From NCBI GenBank assembly GCA_965247115.1, contig CBDFGR010000003.1, positions 1,568,001-1,632,000 of the forward strand: a DNA stretch of 64,000 nucleotides, read 5' to 3'. The position numbers and the translations under genes were made by a program. Below are positions 39,204 to 48,707 of this stretch, in pieces; position 1 is the stretch's first letter; every line of letters starts with the position of its first letter. Below the pieces are notes generated by a model that worked only from the letters and a program-made list of their open reading frames with translations, ran no database searches and was not told the DNA's origin. Source of the stretch: Myxococcota bacterium (GTDB taxonomy: Bacteria; Myxococcota_A; UBA9160; SZUA-336).

Positions 39204-39986
39204 TCACTCCGGAGCGGGGATGCGGAAGGGGAGATCCCGGACCCGGTCTCCGCTCTCCACACGCTCGACGACAAAGCGGGTCTGCGTCTGGTCGAGCAGA
39301 TCCCGCATCAAGAGCTCGTGGGCGATCCAGACAGAGCCGACCTTCTTCACGCGGCCCGGCGGTACGGTGAGTACCTTCCTCAGCTGCTCGGGGCGCTCGT
39401 AGAGCTCGGCCCTGAGCACGACGCAGGTGTCCTTGTCGACGTGGGATACGACCAGGGTATAGCTCGAGTCTTCGGTCTTGTCGGGGCGGGTCTCGATCAC
39501 GTAGGTGGGTCGACCCTCGCGTTGCCCATCTTGGAGGCGCTGAGAGCGCCCAGGCCTGTTCATCCCGTAGAGACGTGCAAAGTCCTCGGACGAGAAGTCG
39601 GTGCCGAAAAGGCGGGAGCTGCCGCGCGCCGCGTTGAGCCGCTTCAGATCCAGCGTTCCGGCAAGCGCGACAAACATCTGTGTGAGGCCGTCGCGTTCCG
39701 CAAGGAGGAGCCGCGACCCGCTCAGATCAGAGGGATAGATGAGCTGCACGTAGAGCGCGCGCACCCTGTCGGGCGCGTTTCCGCTGTAGAAGGTCGCCCG
39801 CCGCACGAGCTCGTTGCCCAGGCGATCCGTCGAGGTGAGCTCGACCGTCTGCAGGACGTTCTCCGAGGGCCGGTTGTCACGCGCGCAGAGGGCGATCTGG
39901 TCTGCGTCGGCCAGCTCTCGAGCCGCGAGCGCAAGGGGCCAGCTCGAGAGCACTGCAAGCACGAGCGCCAGTCCCGGCAGCGCCAT
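39204..39986 (-). CDS. Outer-membrane lipoprotein-sorting (LolA-like) secreted protein
   Basis: Signal peptide; P.D..G, LFGTDFSSED, SSY motifs. Confidence 0.75.
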   Translation of the reverse strand: MALPGLALVLAVLSSWPLALAARELADADQIALCARDNRPSENVLQTVELTSTDRLGNELVRRATFYSGNAPDRVRALYVQLIYPSDLSGSRLLLAERDGLTQMFVALAGTLDLKRLNAARGSSRLFGTDFSSEDFARLYGMNRPGRSQRLQDGQREGRPTYVIETRPDKTEDSSYTLVVSHVDKDTCVVLRAELYERPEQLRKVLTVPPGRVKKVGSVWIAHELLMRDLLDQTQTRFVVERVESGDRVRDLPFRIPAPE

Positions 39987-40089
39987 CGGTTTCTCCCTTG
40001 TGTCGGATCACGCAGGTGCTCCGGAACGCAGGGCCGGGAGCGGACCGCAGCCTAGACGCGGCGGATCGATCGGTCAAGAATTGGCGCGA

Positions 40090-42510
40090 GTGCAGGAATT
40101 TGCTGAGCTGCGGGTTCTCGAGATCGCGGGCTCCGTCGCGGGTGCGTACGCGGCGAAGCTCTTCGCCGACCACGGAGCGGAGCTGGTCAAGGTCGAGCCG
40201 CCCCAGGGCGACCCCACCCGAAGCCAGGGAGAGGACTGGGCTGGCACCGGCACGCTGTTTGCCTACCTGAACACGAGCAAGCGCTCGCTCGTGCTGGATC
40301 TGACCGTTTCAAAGGGGCGCAAGGAGCTCGGGCACTGGCTGGAGCGCGCCGACGTCGTGATCGAGAGCTCCGCCCCGGATCCGCTCGATCCAATCACGCT
40401 TCCCCATCCCGCCGCGCGTCTGATCAAGACCTACATCTCTCCCTTCGGCTCGACGGGGCCCTACGCGCGCCATCGCTCGAACGAGTTCACCGACGACGCG
40501 ATCGCGGGACATCTCTACCTGAACGGGGAGCCGGATCGCGAGCCGATCACACGTCCTGGTCATCAGTCCGAATACCAGGCCGGCGTGCAGGCCTTTATCG
40601 GCAGCATGGCCGCGCTGCGAGCGCGCGAGCAGACCGGACGCGGCCAGACGGTCGAGGTTTCCCACTTCGAAGGGCTGGCGAGTCTGCACCAGCACACGAG
40701 CGTGATGTGGACCCACGCCGGCCACGTGTTGAGGCGCGCTGGGAACTCACAGCCAGGCTTCTGGCATCCCGTCGGCGTGTACCCCTGCAGGGACGGCTAT
40801 GTTTCGCTGGCCCTGCCTACGGGAGCATTCGTCGAGGCGTTCCTTCAGGCAGCAGGGCTGTCCGAGCTCCTCGCCGATCCGCGCTTCGCGGACGATCTGA
40901 GTCGCGGACAGCACAAGCGCGAGTTCGATGCGGCCATCACTCCCTGGCTGAAGGAGCACGATGCAGCGGACATCGTTCGGCTGGGCCAGGGGGTGTTCAC
41001 GCCGGTTGGCCCGGTCCCGACGCTGCTGGAGCTGCTCCGCGACGAGCACCTGACGGCACGGGATTACTGGACGTCGGTGGGGGTGGAGCGGCCCCTGCTG
41101 TACCCGCGCGGCCCCTTTCGGATCGACGGACACGAGCCCGTGCTAGCGGCGCCCCCCGCGCTTGGTGAGCTCGAGAGCGGAAGCGCCGTCGAGCATAGGA
41201 GCTCAGGGGCCGCGGCGCGCGCAGAGCCCGACAGGGTCGGGGCTGCCCTCGAGAGCGGACCACTCGCCGGGGTTCGTGTCCTGGATCTCACGCGTGTTTG
41301 GGCTGGACCACTGGCAGGGCGGCTGCTCGCGGACCTGGGCGCGGACGTGATCATCGTGGAGGCGCCGTGGGCTCGGGGGAGGCGAGACGTGTCCGAGCGC
41401 GCTCCTGCCATCACCCACCTGTACCCCGACAACGAGCTGGGCGAACGACCCTGGAACAGGGTGGGCGGCTACAACAAGCTCGCTCGAAACAAGCGGGGGG
41501 TCGCGCTGCGGCTGGACGATCCCAGGGGCAAGGAGCTCTTCGAGGAGCTCGTGCGCGTCTCGGACGTGGTCCTCGAGAACTTCAGCCCGCGCGTCATGCC
41601 TCCGCTCGGCCTGGGCTTCGAGCGGCTCTCCGAGCTGAACCCCCACGTGATCCACGTGGCGATGCCGGGGTACGGCACCTGGGGACCAAGCCGGGACCGG
41701 GTGGCCTTCGGTCCCCTGATCGAGTCCGGCTCGGGCCTCTCCGGGCTCATGGGATACGCCGACTCGGGGCCGTATCGCTCGGGCATCGCCTGGCCGGATC
41801 CTGTCTCGGGAATCAACGCCGTCGCAGCCACGCTGATCGCCCTGTGGGATCGCCAGGCGGACCCCGAGCAGCGCGGTCGCTCCGTCGAGGTGCCGATGAT
41901 CGAGGCGATGACGACGTTCGTGGGCGACGAGCTGCTGGCCGCCCAGGTGCGCGGTGCGCAGGCGCCGCGCAGAGGCAATCGCCACCCGGCCCGAGCGCCG
42001 CAGGGCTGCTATCCCTGCACGGGGGCAGATCGCTGGATCGCGATCAGCGTCACCAGCGACGCCGAGTGGAGGGCGCTCTGCGGGCTGGCCGGGCTCGAGG
42101 CCTCCTTCGCGCGCATGACGCTGGAGGATCGGCTGCGCCAGGCTGACGGGATCGATCGCGTGCTCAGGGCTTGGACGCGAGACCGCGACGCGCGGACGAC
42201 GATGCGGGAGCTTCAAGGGCACGGTGTGATTGCTTGCTCCGTCAGCGATGCGCGCGAGCTCGTTCTGGATCCCCAGCTCGCGGCTCGCGACTTCTGGGTC
42301 GAGCTCGAGCATCCCGATGCCGGGCGTCACCCGCTGCCCGGCATCGCGATCCGGCTCAGCGAGACGCCCGCTCGCTTCCGGCGCCCGGCTCCTGGCCTCG
42401 GACAGCACAACGCGGAGGTTCTGCAGGGGCTTCTGCATCTTGACCGCCCACGGCTCGACGAGCTCATCGCCGCGGGCGTGATCGCGGAGGTCCCGCCCGA
42501 GATTGTTTGA
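40090..42510 (+). CDS. Tandem two-domain class III CoA-transferase
   Basis: Two repeats: LRVLE..GAELVKVEPP..NTSKRS and LAGVRVLDLTRVWAGP..RNKR..LENF. Confidence 0.9.
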   Translation: MQEFAELRVLEIAGSVAGAYAAKLFADHGAELVKVEPPQGDPTRSQGEDWAGTGTLFAYLNTSKRSLVLDLTVSKGRKELGHWLERADVVIESSAPDPLDPITLPHPAARLIKTYISPFGSTGPYARHRSNEFTDDAIAGHLYLNGEPDREPITRPGHQSEYQAGVQAFIGSMAALRAREQTGRGQTVEVSHFEGLASLHQHTSVMWTHAGHVLRRAGNSQPGFWHPVGVYPCRDGYVSLALPTGAFVEAFLQAAGLSELLADPRFADDLSRGQHKREFDAAITPWLKEHDAADIVRLGQGVFTPVGPVPTLLELLRDEHLTARDYWTSVGVERPLLYPRGPFRIDGHEPVLAAPPALGELESGSAVEHRSSGAAARAEPDRVGAALESGPLAGVRVLDLTRVWAGPLAGRLLADLGADVIIVEAPWARGRRDVSERAPAITHLYPDNELGERPWNRVGGYNKLARNKRGVALRLDDPRGKELFEELVRVSDVVLENFSPRVMPPLGLGFERLSELNPHVIHVAMPGYGTWGPSRDRVAFGPLIESGSGLSGLMGYADSGPYRSGIAWPDPVSGINAVAATLIALWDRQADPEQRGRSVEVPMIEAMTTFVGDELLAAQVRGAQAPRRGNRHPARAPQGCYPCTGADRWIAISVTSDAEWRALCGLAGLEASFARMTLEDRLRQADGIDRVLRAWTRDRDARTTMRELQGHGVIACSVSDARELVLDPQLAARDFWVELEHPDAGRHPLPGIAIRLSETPARFRRPAPGLGQHNAEVLQGLLHLDRPRLDELIAAGVIAEVPPEIV

Positions 42511-42561
42511 TTTTTCGCGCGTGGTGGGATCGAATGGCGCGCAACGGAGGGAAGCGACGTC

Positions 42562-43356
42562 ATGATACTCGCGAGGCTGTTGCTCGGATGCATGCTCCTG
42601 GGCGGGATCCTGGCATCCGCCGCTCTGGGAACGGAGCACGCGGTGACTGCCGCCGCCGACGTTGTAGATTGCGCGCGCGCGAAGGCCCCCGGGCTGGATG
42701 GCGTGCGTGCCGTCCGGGTCGTCGAGTGGGACCGTGTCGGCTCCAGACACGTCGCCAGCGTGCGACTGCACACCCGCCGTTCGGGAGGCACCCGCGAGGT
42801 GCTCGTCCGGTTCACGGAGCCAGTCGATCTGCGGGGGAATGCGGTCCTTCTCGTGGAGAGCCCAGAGGGACGCGAGCTCTACTTCTGGTCGGAGGAGCTC
42901 GGTGGGAGCAAACAGGTGCGGGGCACCGAGAAGTCCCTGGGCCTCTTCGGTCGCGCCTTCTCCTACGAGGACCTCGAGCTCATGCTCGCGTCCTACCGAC
43001 CGGGCGAGTACGCCCGCGTCGAGGAGACCGTCTTCGGCAGCCGGAGCGTCTCGCTCGTGGAGACGCAGCCCAGCGAGAGCGAGAGCTCGGCCTACGAGAC
43101 GGTTGTCACCATGTTCGACCTGCAGACTTGCACACCGCTGCGACTGGAGCTCTACGAGAGCGGCCACTCGCTCCGCAAGGTCATCAGCGCGGACCCGCTG
43201 CGGGTCCAGGAGAATGGGGTCTCCCTCCCGAACATGATCGTCTCTCGGGACTTGCGCGACTTCACGACGACGCTCCTCATGCTCGACTTCAGCGGGCAGG
43301 ATCCGTACCCGGAAGACGCACCGTCCTTCGAGCAGCTTCGCGAGGGATCGAATTGA
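42562..43356 (+). CDS. Outer-membrane lipoprotein-sorting (LolA-like) secreted protein, second paralogue
   Basis: Signal peptide; EPVDLRG, LFGRAFSYEDL, SSAY; CAR and DxxTC cysteines shared with 39204-39986. Confidence 0.75.
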   Translation: MILARLLLGCMLLGGILASAALGTEHAVTAAADVVDCARAKAPGLDGVRAVRVVEWDRVGSRHVASVRLHTRRSGGTREVLVRFTEPVDLRGNAVLLVESPEGRELYFWSEELGGSKQVRGTEKSLGLFGRAFSYEDLELMLASYRPGEYARVEETVFGSRSVSLVETQPSESESSAYETVVTMFDLQTCTPLRLELYESGHSLRKVISADPLRVQENGVSLPNMIVSRDLRDFTTTLLMLDFSGQDPYPEDAPSFEQLREGSN

Positions 43357-43403
43357 CTGCGTTCGGCCTCGGTTCGCCGTTCGCCTGAGTCGGAGGAAGA
43401 AGC

Positions 43404-44366
43404 ATGGAATACGGGAGGCTCGGACGCTCGGGACTGCAGGTCTCGGTTATTGGCCTGGGGTGCAACAACTTCGGCGGGCGTGTGGACGAGCAGGCGACAC
43501 GGACCGTAGTCGACGCATCGCTTGACCAGGGCATCACGCTCTTCGATACGGCCGACATGTACGGAGGGGGCGGACTCTCGGAGGAGTACCTCGGTAAGGC
43601 GCTCGAGGGTCGGCGCCAGGAGGTAGTGATTGCGACGAAGTTCGCGTGGCCCATGGCCGACGGACCGCTCCACGGTGGAGCGTCGCGCCGCTACATTTTC
43701 GAGGCCGTCGAGGCCAGCCTGCGCAGACTCGGCACGGATTTCATCGATCTCTACCAGGTCCACATTCCGGACGCAGAGACGCCGGTCGAGGAGACCATGC
43801 GCGCGCTCGACGATCTGGTGCGCCAGGGCAAGGTCCGCTATCTGGGCTGCTCGAACTTCGCGGGCTGGCAGCTGGTCGACGCACAGTGGACCGCGCGCAG
43901 CGAGGACCGCGACGGTTTCATCTCCGCTCAGAACCTCTACAACCTGCTCGACCGGAACGTCGAGCGCGATCTCGTCCCCGCGTGCAACGCTCACGGGGTG
44001 GGGATCCTGCCCTACTTCCCGCTCGCCAGCGGCTTTCTCACAGGCAAGTACCGCCGCGGCCAGGATGCACCTGCCGGCACCCGGCTCTCCGCCGCGGGGC
44101 CGATGGCGGATGGCTACCTGACAGAAGCGAACTTCGACAAGCTCGAAGCGCTGGAGGCCTTCGCCTCCGAGCGTGGCCACTCCATGCTCGAGCTCGCCAT
44201 CAGCTGGCTTGCGAGCCAGCCGAACGTGAGCAGCGTGATCGCGGGCGCGACCACCCCCGCCCAGGTCGAGCAGAACGTCCAGGCAGGAGCCTGGCAGCTC
44301 AGTCAGGAAGACCTCACCGAGGTCGACCAGCTCCTGCCCGGTCCCAAGCCGAGCGGAGGATTTTAG
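43404..44366 (+). CDS. Aldo/keto reductase
   Basis: LGRSGLQVS, FDTADMYG, IATK, IDLYQVH, GKVRYLGCSN. Confidence 0.95.
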   Translation: MEYGRLGRSGLQVSVIGLGCNNFGGRVDEQATRTVVDASLDQGITLFDTADMYGGGGLSEEYLGKALEGRRQEVVIATKFAWPMADGPLHGGASRRYIFEAVEASLRRLGTDFIDLYQVHIPDAETPVEETMRALDDLVRQGKVRYLGCSNFAGWQLVDAQWTARSEDRDGFISAQNLYNLLDRNVERDLVPACNAHGVGILPYFPLASGFLTGKYRRGQDAPAGTRLSAAGPMADGYLTEANFDKLEALEAFASERGHSMLELAISWLASQPNVSSVIAGATTPAQVEQNVQAGAWQLSQEDLTEVDQLLPGPKPSGGF

Positions 44367-44381
44367 GGAGCCCAAGCGGGC

Positions 44382-45605
44382 TCAGTTCGGGCCGTCGGCC
44401 TCGAGCCTCTGGCGGGTCAGGGCCAGGCAGATCAGGAAGAAGGCCCCCAAGAGCGAGCAGACGCTCAGCATGGACTGCACGCTGCCAGGGTCGTTCGGGT
44501 CCCCGGCGCCCGCGACGAGCGAGAGGGCGAGCAGGGTGCCGGAGAACAGCAGGCGCCCGAGCAGGTTCTGGAGCGAGTGATACGTGGCGCGCTGCGCCCG
44601 GGGGACCTGCGGGGTGATCTCGGCGTTCAAGATCACGCCGGCCAGAGCCGGTTGCAGGCTCCGCAGCAGCACGAGAGCCGCAACGATCGGATTGAGCGCC
44701 AGACTCATGATCCCGATCAGTAGCGCCTGCACGCCCATCGCTCCCAGCAGCGTGGGCCTGACGCCGAGCTGGTCCCGCACCCGGATGCTCTTTGCTCCCG
44801 CCCAGGCCCCGATCAGCAACGCCACCGCAGTGTGTAGGCCAGCCACGAGCGGCGTGGCCTGGACTTCGCCGAGCAGGGCAGCGATGTAAGGCTGATAGAA
44901 CATGTACGGCACGTGCTGGAGCACGTACATCACGACGAAGAATGCGGAGAGCCAGCCCAGCGCCGGGCGGCGGAGCAGTCCGGCGCACACGCGGAGCTGG
45001 CGCGCAAAGCCCGGTACCTGCTCTGGGTCTGTCGCGTGGACCGGCGGCTCTCGCATGAACAGAACCAGGGTAAGGGGAACAAAGGTGCCGAGAAATGTCG
45101 CCACGTAGGCTGCTCGGAGCGCGACCATGCCGAGCGCCCCACCGACGGCCGCTGCGATTGCGGCTACGGCGAGAGCGTTCCGCGCGGCGATGGCCTCGCG
45201 GGCGGCGTACTCGTGTTCCCTGCCCAGCGATACGAGAGAGTCGTAGTGCAGCGTGGTATCGGTACCGGATCGAAAGGTCCAGCCCACGGCACTGAGGATC
45301 TGTGCGAGCGCAAAGATCGCGAACGTCGAGCCGATCGAGAAGAGCAGGAAAGAGAGCACGAGGGCAGACGCCGAGATCACGAGCGTGGGTTTGCGCCCGA
45401 CCCGATCGGAGAAGTAGCCGGACGGAACCTCGAGCAAGACGTAGGCGACGTAGTAGATGACCTCGAGCTGGAGCAGGCCCTCGAGGGTGAGGAACTCGCC
45501 GAAGAACAGGTAGAAGACGGCAGCCGAGCAGTGGAAACGTCCGGCTCCCGTGTAGAGCGGGTAGAGGCGAACGTTGCGCGCGATTGCTCCGTCCTGCGAG
45601 TGCAT
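44382..45605 (-). CDS. MFS transporter
   Basis: LEVPSGYFSDRVGRK, SGTD; many TM segments. Confidence 0.88.
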   Translation of the reverse strand: MHSQDGAIARNVRLYPLYTGAGRFHCSAAVFYLFFGEFLTLEGLLQLEVIYYVAYVLLEVPSGYFSDRVGRKPTLVISASALVLSFLLFSIGSTFAIFALAQILSAVGWTFRSGTDTTLHYDSLVSLGREHEYAAREAIAARNALAVAAIAAAVGGALGMVALRAAYVATFLGTFVPLTLVLFMREPPVHATDPEQVPGFARQLRVCAGLLRRPALGWLSAFFVVMYVLQHVPYMFYQPYIAALLGEVQATPLVAGLHTAVALLIGAWAGAKSIRVRDQLGVRPTLLGAMGVQALLIGIMSLALNPIVAALVLLRSLQPALAGVILNAEITPQVPRAQRATYHSLQNLLGRLLFSGTLLALSLVAGAGDPNDPGSVQSMLSVCSLLGAFFLICLALTRQRLEADGPN

Positions 45606-45609
45606 CGAG

Positions 45610-46260
45610 CTAGGGCTTTGCTTTCGCTGCGGCCTCGTTCGTCTGTTCCTGGGCGTGGCGCGTCGCGAGTCGATCCCACTCCAATCTCAGCGCGTTCCTG
45701 AGCTCGTCCGGCGACGCGGAGTTATCGATCGCCCGGTCCGAGCGCTCCAGGCGCTCGCGGTTGGAGAGCTGCGAGCGGATGCGCGCCATGGCATCCTCTC
45801 GGGACATCCCGTTGCGCTCGACAAGCCGTTCGATCGCCACGCTCGGATCGACCACGACGACCCAGACCTCGTCTGCGAGATCGTCCCACTGGGCCTCGAG
45901 CAGCACGGCCGCCTCCAGGACGATGACCCGGTCCGGATCTGAAGCGCCGATCTGCTCGACCTCGTGTTCCGCCAGCTCGCGGATCAGGGGCCACACGATG
46001 TCCGTCAACCGCTGCAGCTCTTCGGGTTTTCCGAATACCTTGCCGCCGAGGACGCGCCGGTCGATCGTACCGTCTTCCGCCACGATGTCGTCGCCAAAGG
46101 CCCGCACGACGTTTTCGAAGCCGCGCGTTCCGGGCTCGTAGATGCGATGGCCCAGCAGATCCGCATCGATCACCTCCGCCCCGAGCTCGCGCAGGTAGCT
46201 CGCGGCGGTCGACTTTCCCGACGCGATCCCCCCAGTCAGGCCGATTACGGACATCTCCAC
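45610..46260 (-). CDS. coaE: Dephospho-CoA kinase
   Basis: IGLTGGIASGKST, IDAD, IDRRVLG, EAAVLLE. Confidence 0.93.
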   Translation of the reverse strand: MEMSVIGLTGGIASGKSTAASYLRELGAEVIDADLLGHRIYEPGTRGFENVVRAFGDDIVAEDGTIDRRVLGGKVFGKPEELQRLTDIVWPLIRELAEHEVEQIGASDPDRVIVLEAAVLLEAQWDDLADEVWVVVVDPSVAIERLVERNGMSREDAMARIRSQLSNRERLERSDRAIDNSASPDELRNALRLEWDRLATRHAQEQTNEAAAKAKP

Positions 46261-46422
46261 TCCTCACTTCCACGGTGGACGCGACTGCGGGCTCACCGGT
46301 AGGAGAATCCTACCTGGCCAATGGCGCGGGCACGAGGGACCGGGCAGCGACACGCGACCGGGTATAGTCTCTTGTCGCGACTTGTCTCCGGGTCCTCCCG
46401 GACGACGGAAGGAGATAGGCAA

Positions 46423-47142
46423 GTGGAGTGGATAGGAGATCCCCTGATTGGCCGCGGGGTACGGGAGCAGGGGTTTCGCGTGGAGTGTGGCGGCCGCACG
46501 GTACCGGGACTTCTGTGGACCACCGAGTCCGGCGGCGAGGGTCGCCCACTCGTGCTGCTGGGTCACGGCGGCTCGAGCCACAAGCGGACCGACTACATAC
46601 TGAGCACGGCGCGCCGGCTTGTTCGACACCACGACATCTCCGCGCTCGCGATCGACGGTCCGGGTCACGGCGAGCGACGCAGCGAGGCTGGAGCAGAGAT
46701 GGGACCGGGCGAGTTCGAGAAGGCGTGGCAGCGCCCCGAGGCAACGGACGAGACGATCGCCGACTGGAATGGGGCCCTGGATGCCGTCCAGGCGCAGCTT
46801 GGCGTAGCACCGGTCGGGTACTTCGGGCTCTCGATGGGGACGATGATGGGCCTGCCCCTTGTCGCGGCGGAGCCGCGCATCCGGGCAGCGCTGCTCGGCC
46901 TGATGGGTGTGTGGGGTCCCAACGCGCAACAGCTCGTTGCCGCGGCTCCCGAGGTGTCCTGCCCCGTTCGCTTTCTCGTCCAGTGGGACGACGAGATCGT
47001 CCCGCGCGACACGGCGCTCGAGCTGTTCGACCGCCTGGGCTCCCGAGAGAAGGCCCTGCGCGCCCATCCGGGCAAGCACGTCGAGGTTCCCGCTGCTGAG
47101 ATGCGCGCCCTCACGGACTTCCTTGCCGGCCATCTGTGCTGA
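46423..47142 (+). CDS. Alpha/beta hydrolase (dienelactone hydrolase-like)
   Basis: LLGHGG, DGPGHG, GLSMG, QWDDE, HPGKH; AAGGAG RBS. Confidence 0.85.
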   Translation: MEWIGDPLIGRGVREQGFRVECGGRTVPGLLWTTESGGEGRPLVLLGHGGSSHKRTDYILSTARRLVRHHDISALAIDGPGHGERRSEAGAEMGPGEFEKAWQRPEATDETIADWNGALDAVQAQLGVAPVGYFGLSMGTMMGLPLVAAEPRIRAALLGLMGVWGPNAQQLVAAAPEVSCPVRFLVQWDDEIVPRDTALELFDRLGSREKALRAHPGKHVEVPAAEMRALTDFLAGHLC

Positions 47143-47149
47143 ACGGCTG

Positions 47150-48277
47150 ATGCAGGATCAGGATCTTCCAGGCGGCCCGGAGCCCGTCTACGATCGCGTC
47201 GCCTCGGGCTACCAGACCTTTCACAGTCCGCTCCCGTTCGTTTGCGAGTGGGGTGGGATCCTGCCGGAGCTGTCGCTCGCATACGAGACCTGGGGTGAGC
47301 TCTCCCCAGCACGCGACAACGCCATCCTGTTGCACACGGGGCTCTCCTCCTCGTCCCATGCGCGGAGTCAACCGGAGAATCCTCATACCGGCTGGTGGGA
47401 GGAATTCGTCGGGCCCGGGTCCGCGCTCGACACGGACCGCTTCTTCGTCATCTGCACCAACCTGCTGGGTGGCTGCTATGGAAGCACGGGGCCATCCTCG
47501 ACGAACCCCGCGACCGATGAGCCCTACGCGACCGACTTTCCGATCATCACGGTCGGAGACATGGTGCGCGCGCAGCTGCTCCTGCTTGATCACCTCGGCA
47601 TCGAGAGGCTTCATGCCTCGGTTGGCGCCTCGCTGGGGGGCATGCAGTCGCTGATCCTGGCCGCCCTGGTTCCGGAGCGTGTCGGACGCATCGTGAGCAT
47701 CTCCGCCGCCATGCGCTCGTATCCGCAGTCGATCGCGCTGCGCTTCGTGCAACGACAGGCCGTCATGTCCGATCCCGACTGGCGCGAGGGGAGATACTAC
47801 GGCGCAAGCTTTCCCCATCGCGGTCAGAAAGTGGCTCGGGAGATCGGGACCATCACCTACCGCTCCGCCCCGGAGTGGCTGGGCCGCTTTTCCCGCGAGC
47901 GGGCGACCGAGATGCCCCGCCTGGACGAGGACTTCCAGGTCGAGCGCTATCTCGTCTACCAGGGCGAGAAGTTCTGTCTGCAGTACGATGCCAACTCCTA
48001 TCTCTATATCTCGAAGGCCATGGACCTCTTCGATCTGGCACCGGGTCAGGAGGAGGGCAAGCCTACACTGGAACGGATCAGCTGTCCTGTGCTGGTGATA
48101 GGCGTTCTGTCAGATGTGCTGTTCCCTGCGTGGCAGCAGCGGGAATTGGTCGACGAGCTGAAGAAGGGCGGCTGTCCCGTCGCCTACGTTGAGCTCGACG
48201 CCCAGTACGGTCACGACTCGTTCCTGATCGAGCGGGAACGGGTCGGCGAGCCCGTCAAGAATCACCTGGAGGCATAG
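47150..48277 (+). CDS. metX: MetX-family O-acyltransferase, probably serine O-succinyltransferase type
   Basis: AYETWG, GWW, NLLGGCYGSTGPSS, GASLGGM, GHDSFL; HTGLSSSSHA instead of HALTG. Confidence 0.85.
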   Translation: MQDQDLPGGPEPVYDRVASGYQTFHSPLPFVCEWGGILPELSLAYETWGELSPARDNAILLHTGLSSSSHARSQPENPHTGWWEEFVGPGSALDTDRFFVICTNLLGGCYGSTGPSSTNPATDEPYATDFPIITVGDMVRAQLLLLDHLGIERLHASVGASLGGMQSLILAALVPERVGRIVSISAAMRSYPQSIALRFVQRQAVMSDPDWREGRYYGASFPHRGQKVAREIGTITYRSAPEWLGRFSRERATEMPRLDEDFQVERYLVYQGEKFCLQYDANSYLYISKAMDLFDLAPGQEEGKPTLERISCPVLVIGVLSDVLFPAWQQRELVDELKKGGCPVAYVELDAQYGHDSFLIERERVGEPVKNHLEA

Positions 48278-48286
48278 CGGGCGGAC

Positions 48287-48691
48287 TCAGCCCTCCGAGG
48301 GCTCCAGCAGGTTGAAGGGATTGCCGTACAGGTCCTCGAAGACGGCGGAGAGACCCCACGGCATCCGCTCTGGAGCACTGCGGAATTTCACGCCGCGCTC
48401 CGTGAGCAGCTCGTAGTCGCGCTTGCAGTCATCCGTCTCGAGCACCCAGATCGTTCCCTGGCCCACTTGAGTCAACAGCCTCTGCTCCTCTTCCGGCGAC
48501 CGAAAAGGGGCTGCGGGGCACTGCAGGACGATCGCCACGTCCGGCTGCCCTGGAGGGGCTACGGTCAGCCAGCGAAAGTCGCCCATCCTGTCGTCCTGGC
48601 GCTTCTCCAAACCGAGCTTCTCGGTGTAGAAGCGCAGTGCTTCCTCTTGGTCCTTCACCAGGACCGTGACATGGGCGAGCTTCTGGATCAC
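48287..48691 (-). CDS. VOC/glyoxalase family protein
   Basis: V.DQEEALRFYTEKLG, RWLTV, FEDLYGN. Confidence 0.88.
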   Translation of the reverse strand: MIQKLAHVTVLVKDQEEALRFYTEKLGLEKRQDDRMGDFRWLTVAPPGQPDVAIVLQCPAAPFRSPEEEQRLLTQVGQGTIWVLETDDCKRDYELLTERGVKFRSAPERMPWGLSAVFEDLYGNPFNLLEPSEG

Positions 48692-48707
48692 GTCTTCTCC
48701 TGAGGGA

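Noticed and set aside
46297..46406. Hairpins between coaE and the hydrolase as a possible riboswitch
   Set aside because: Short stems only, no recognisable aptamer consensus
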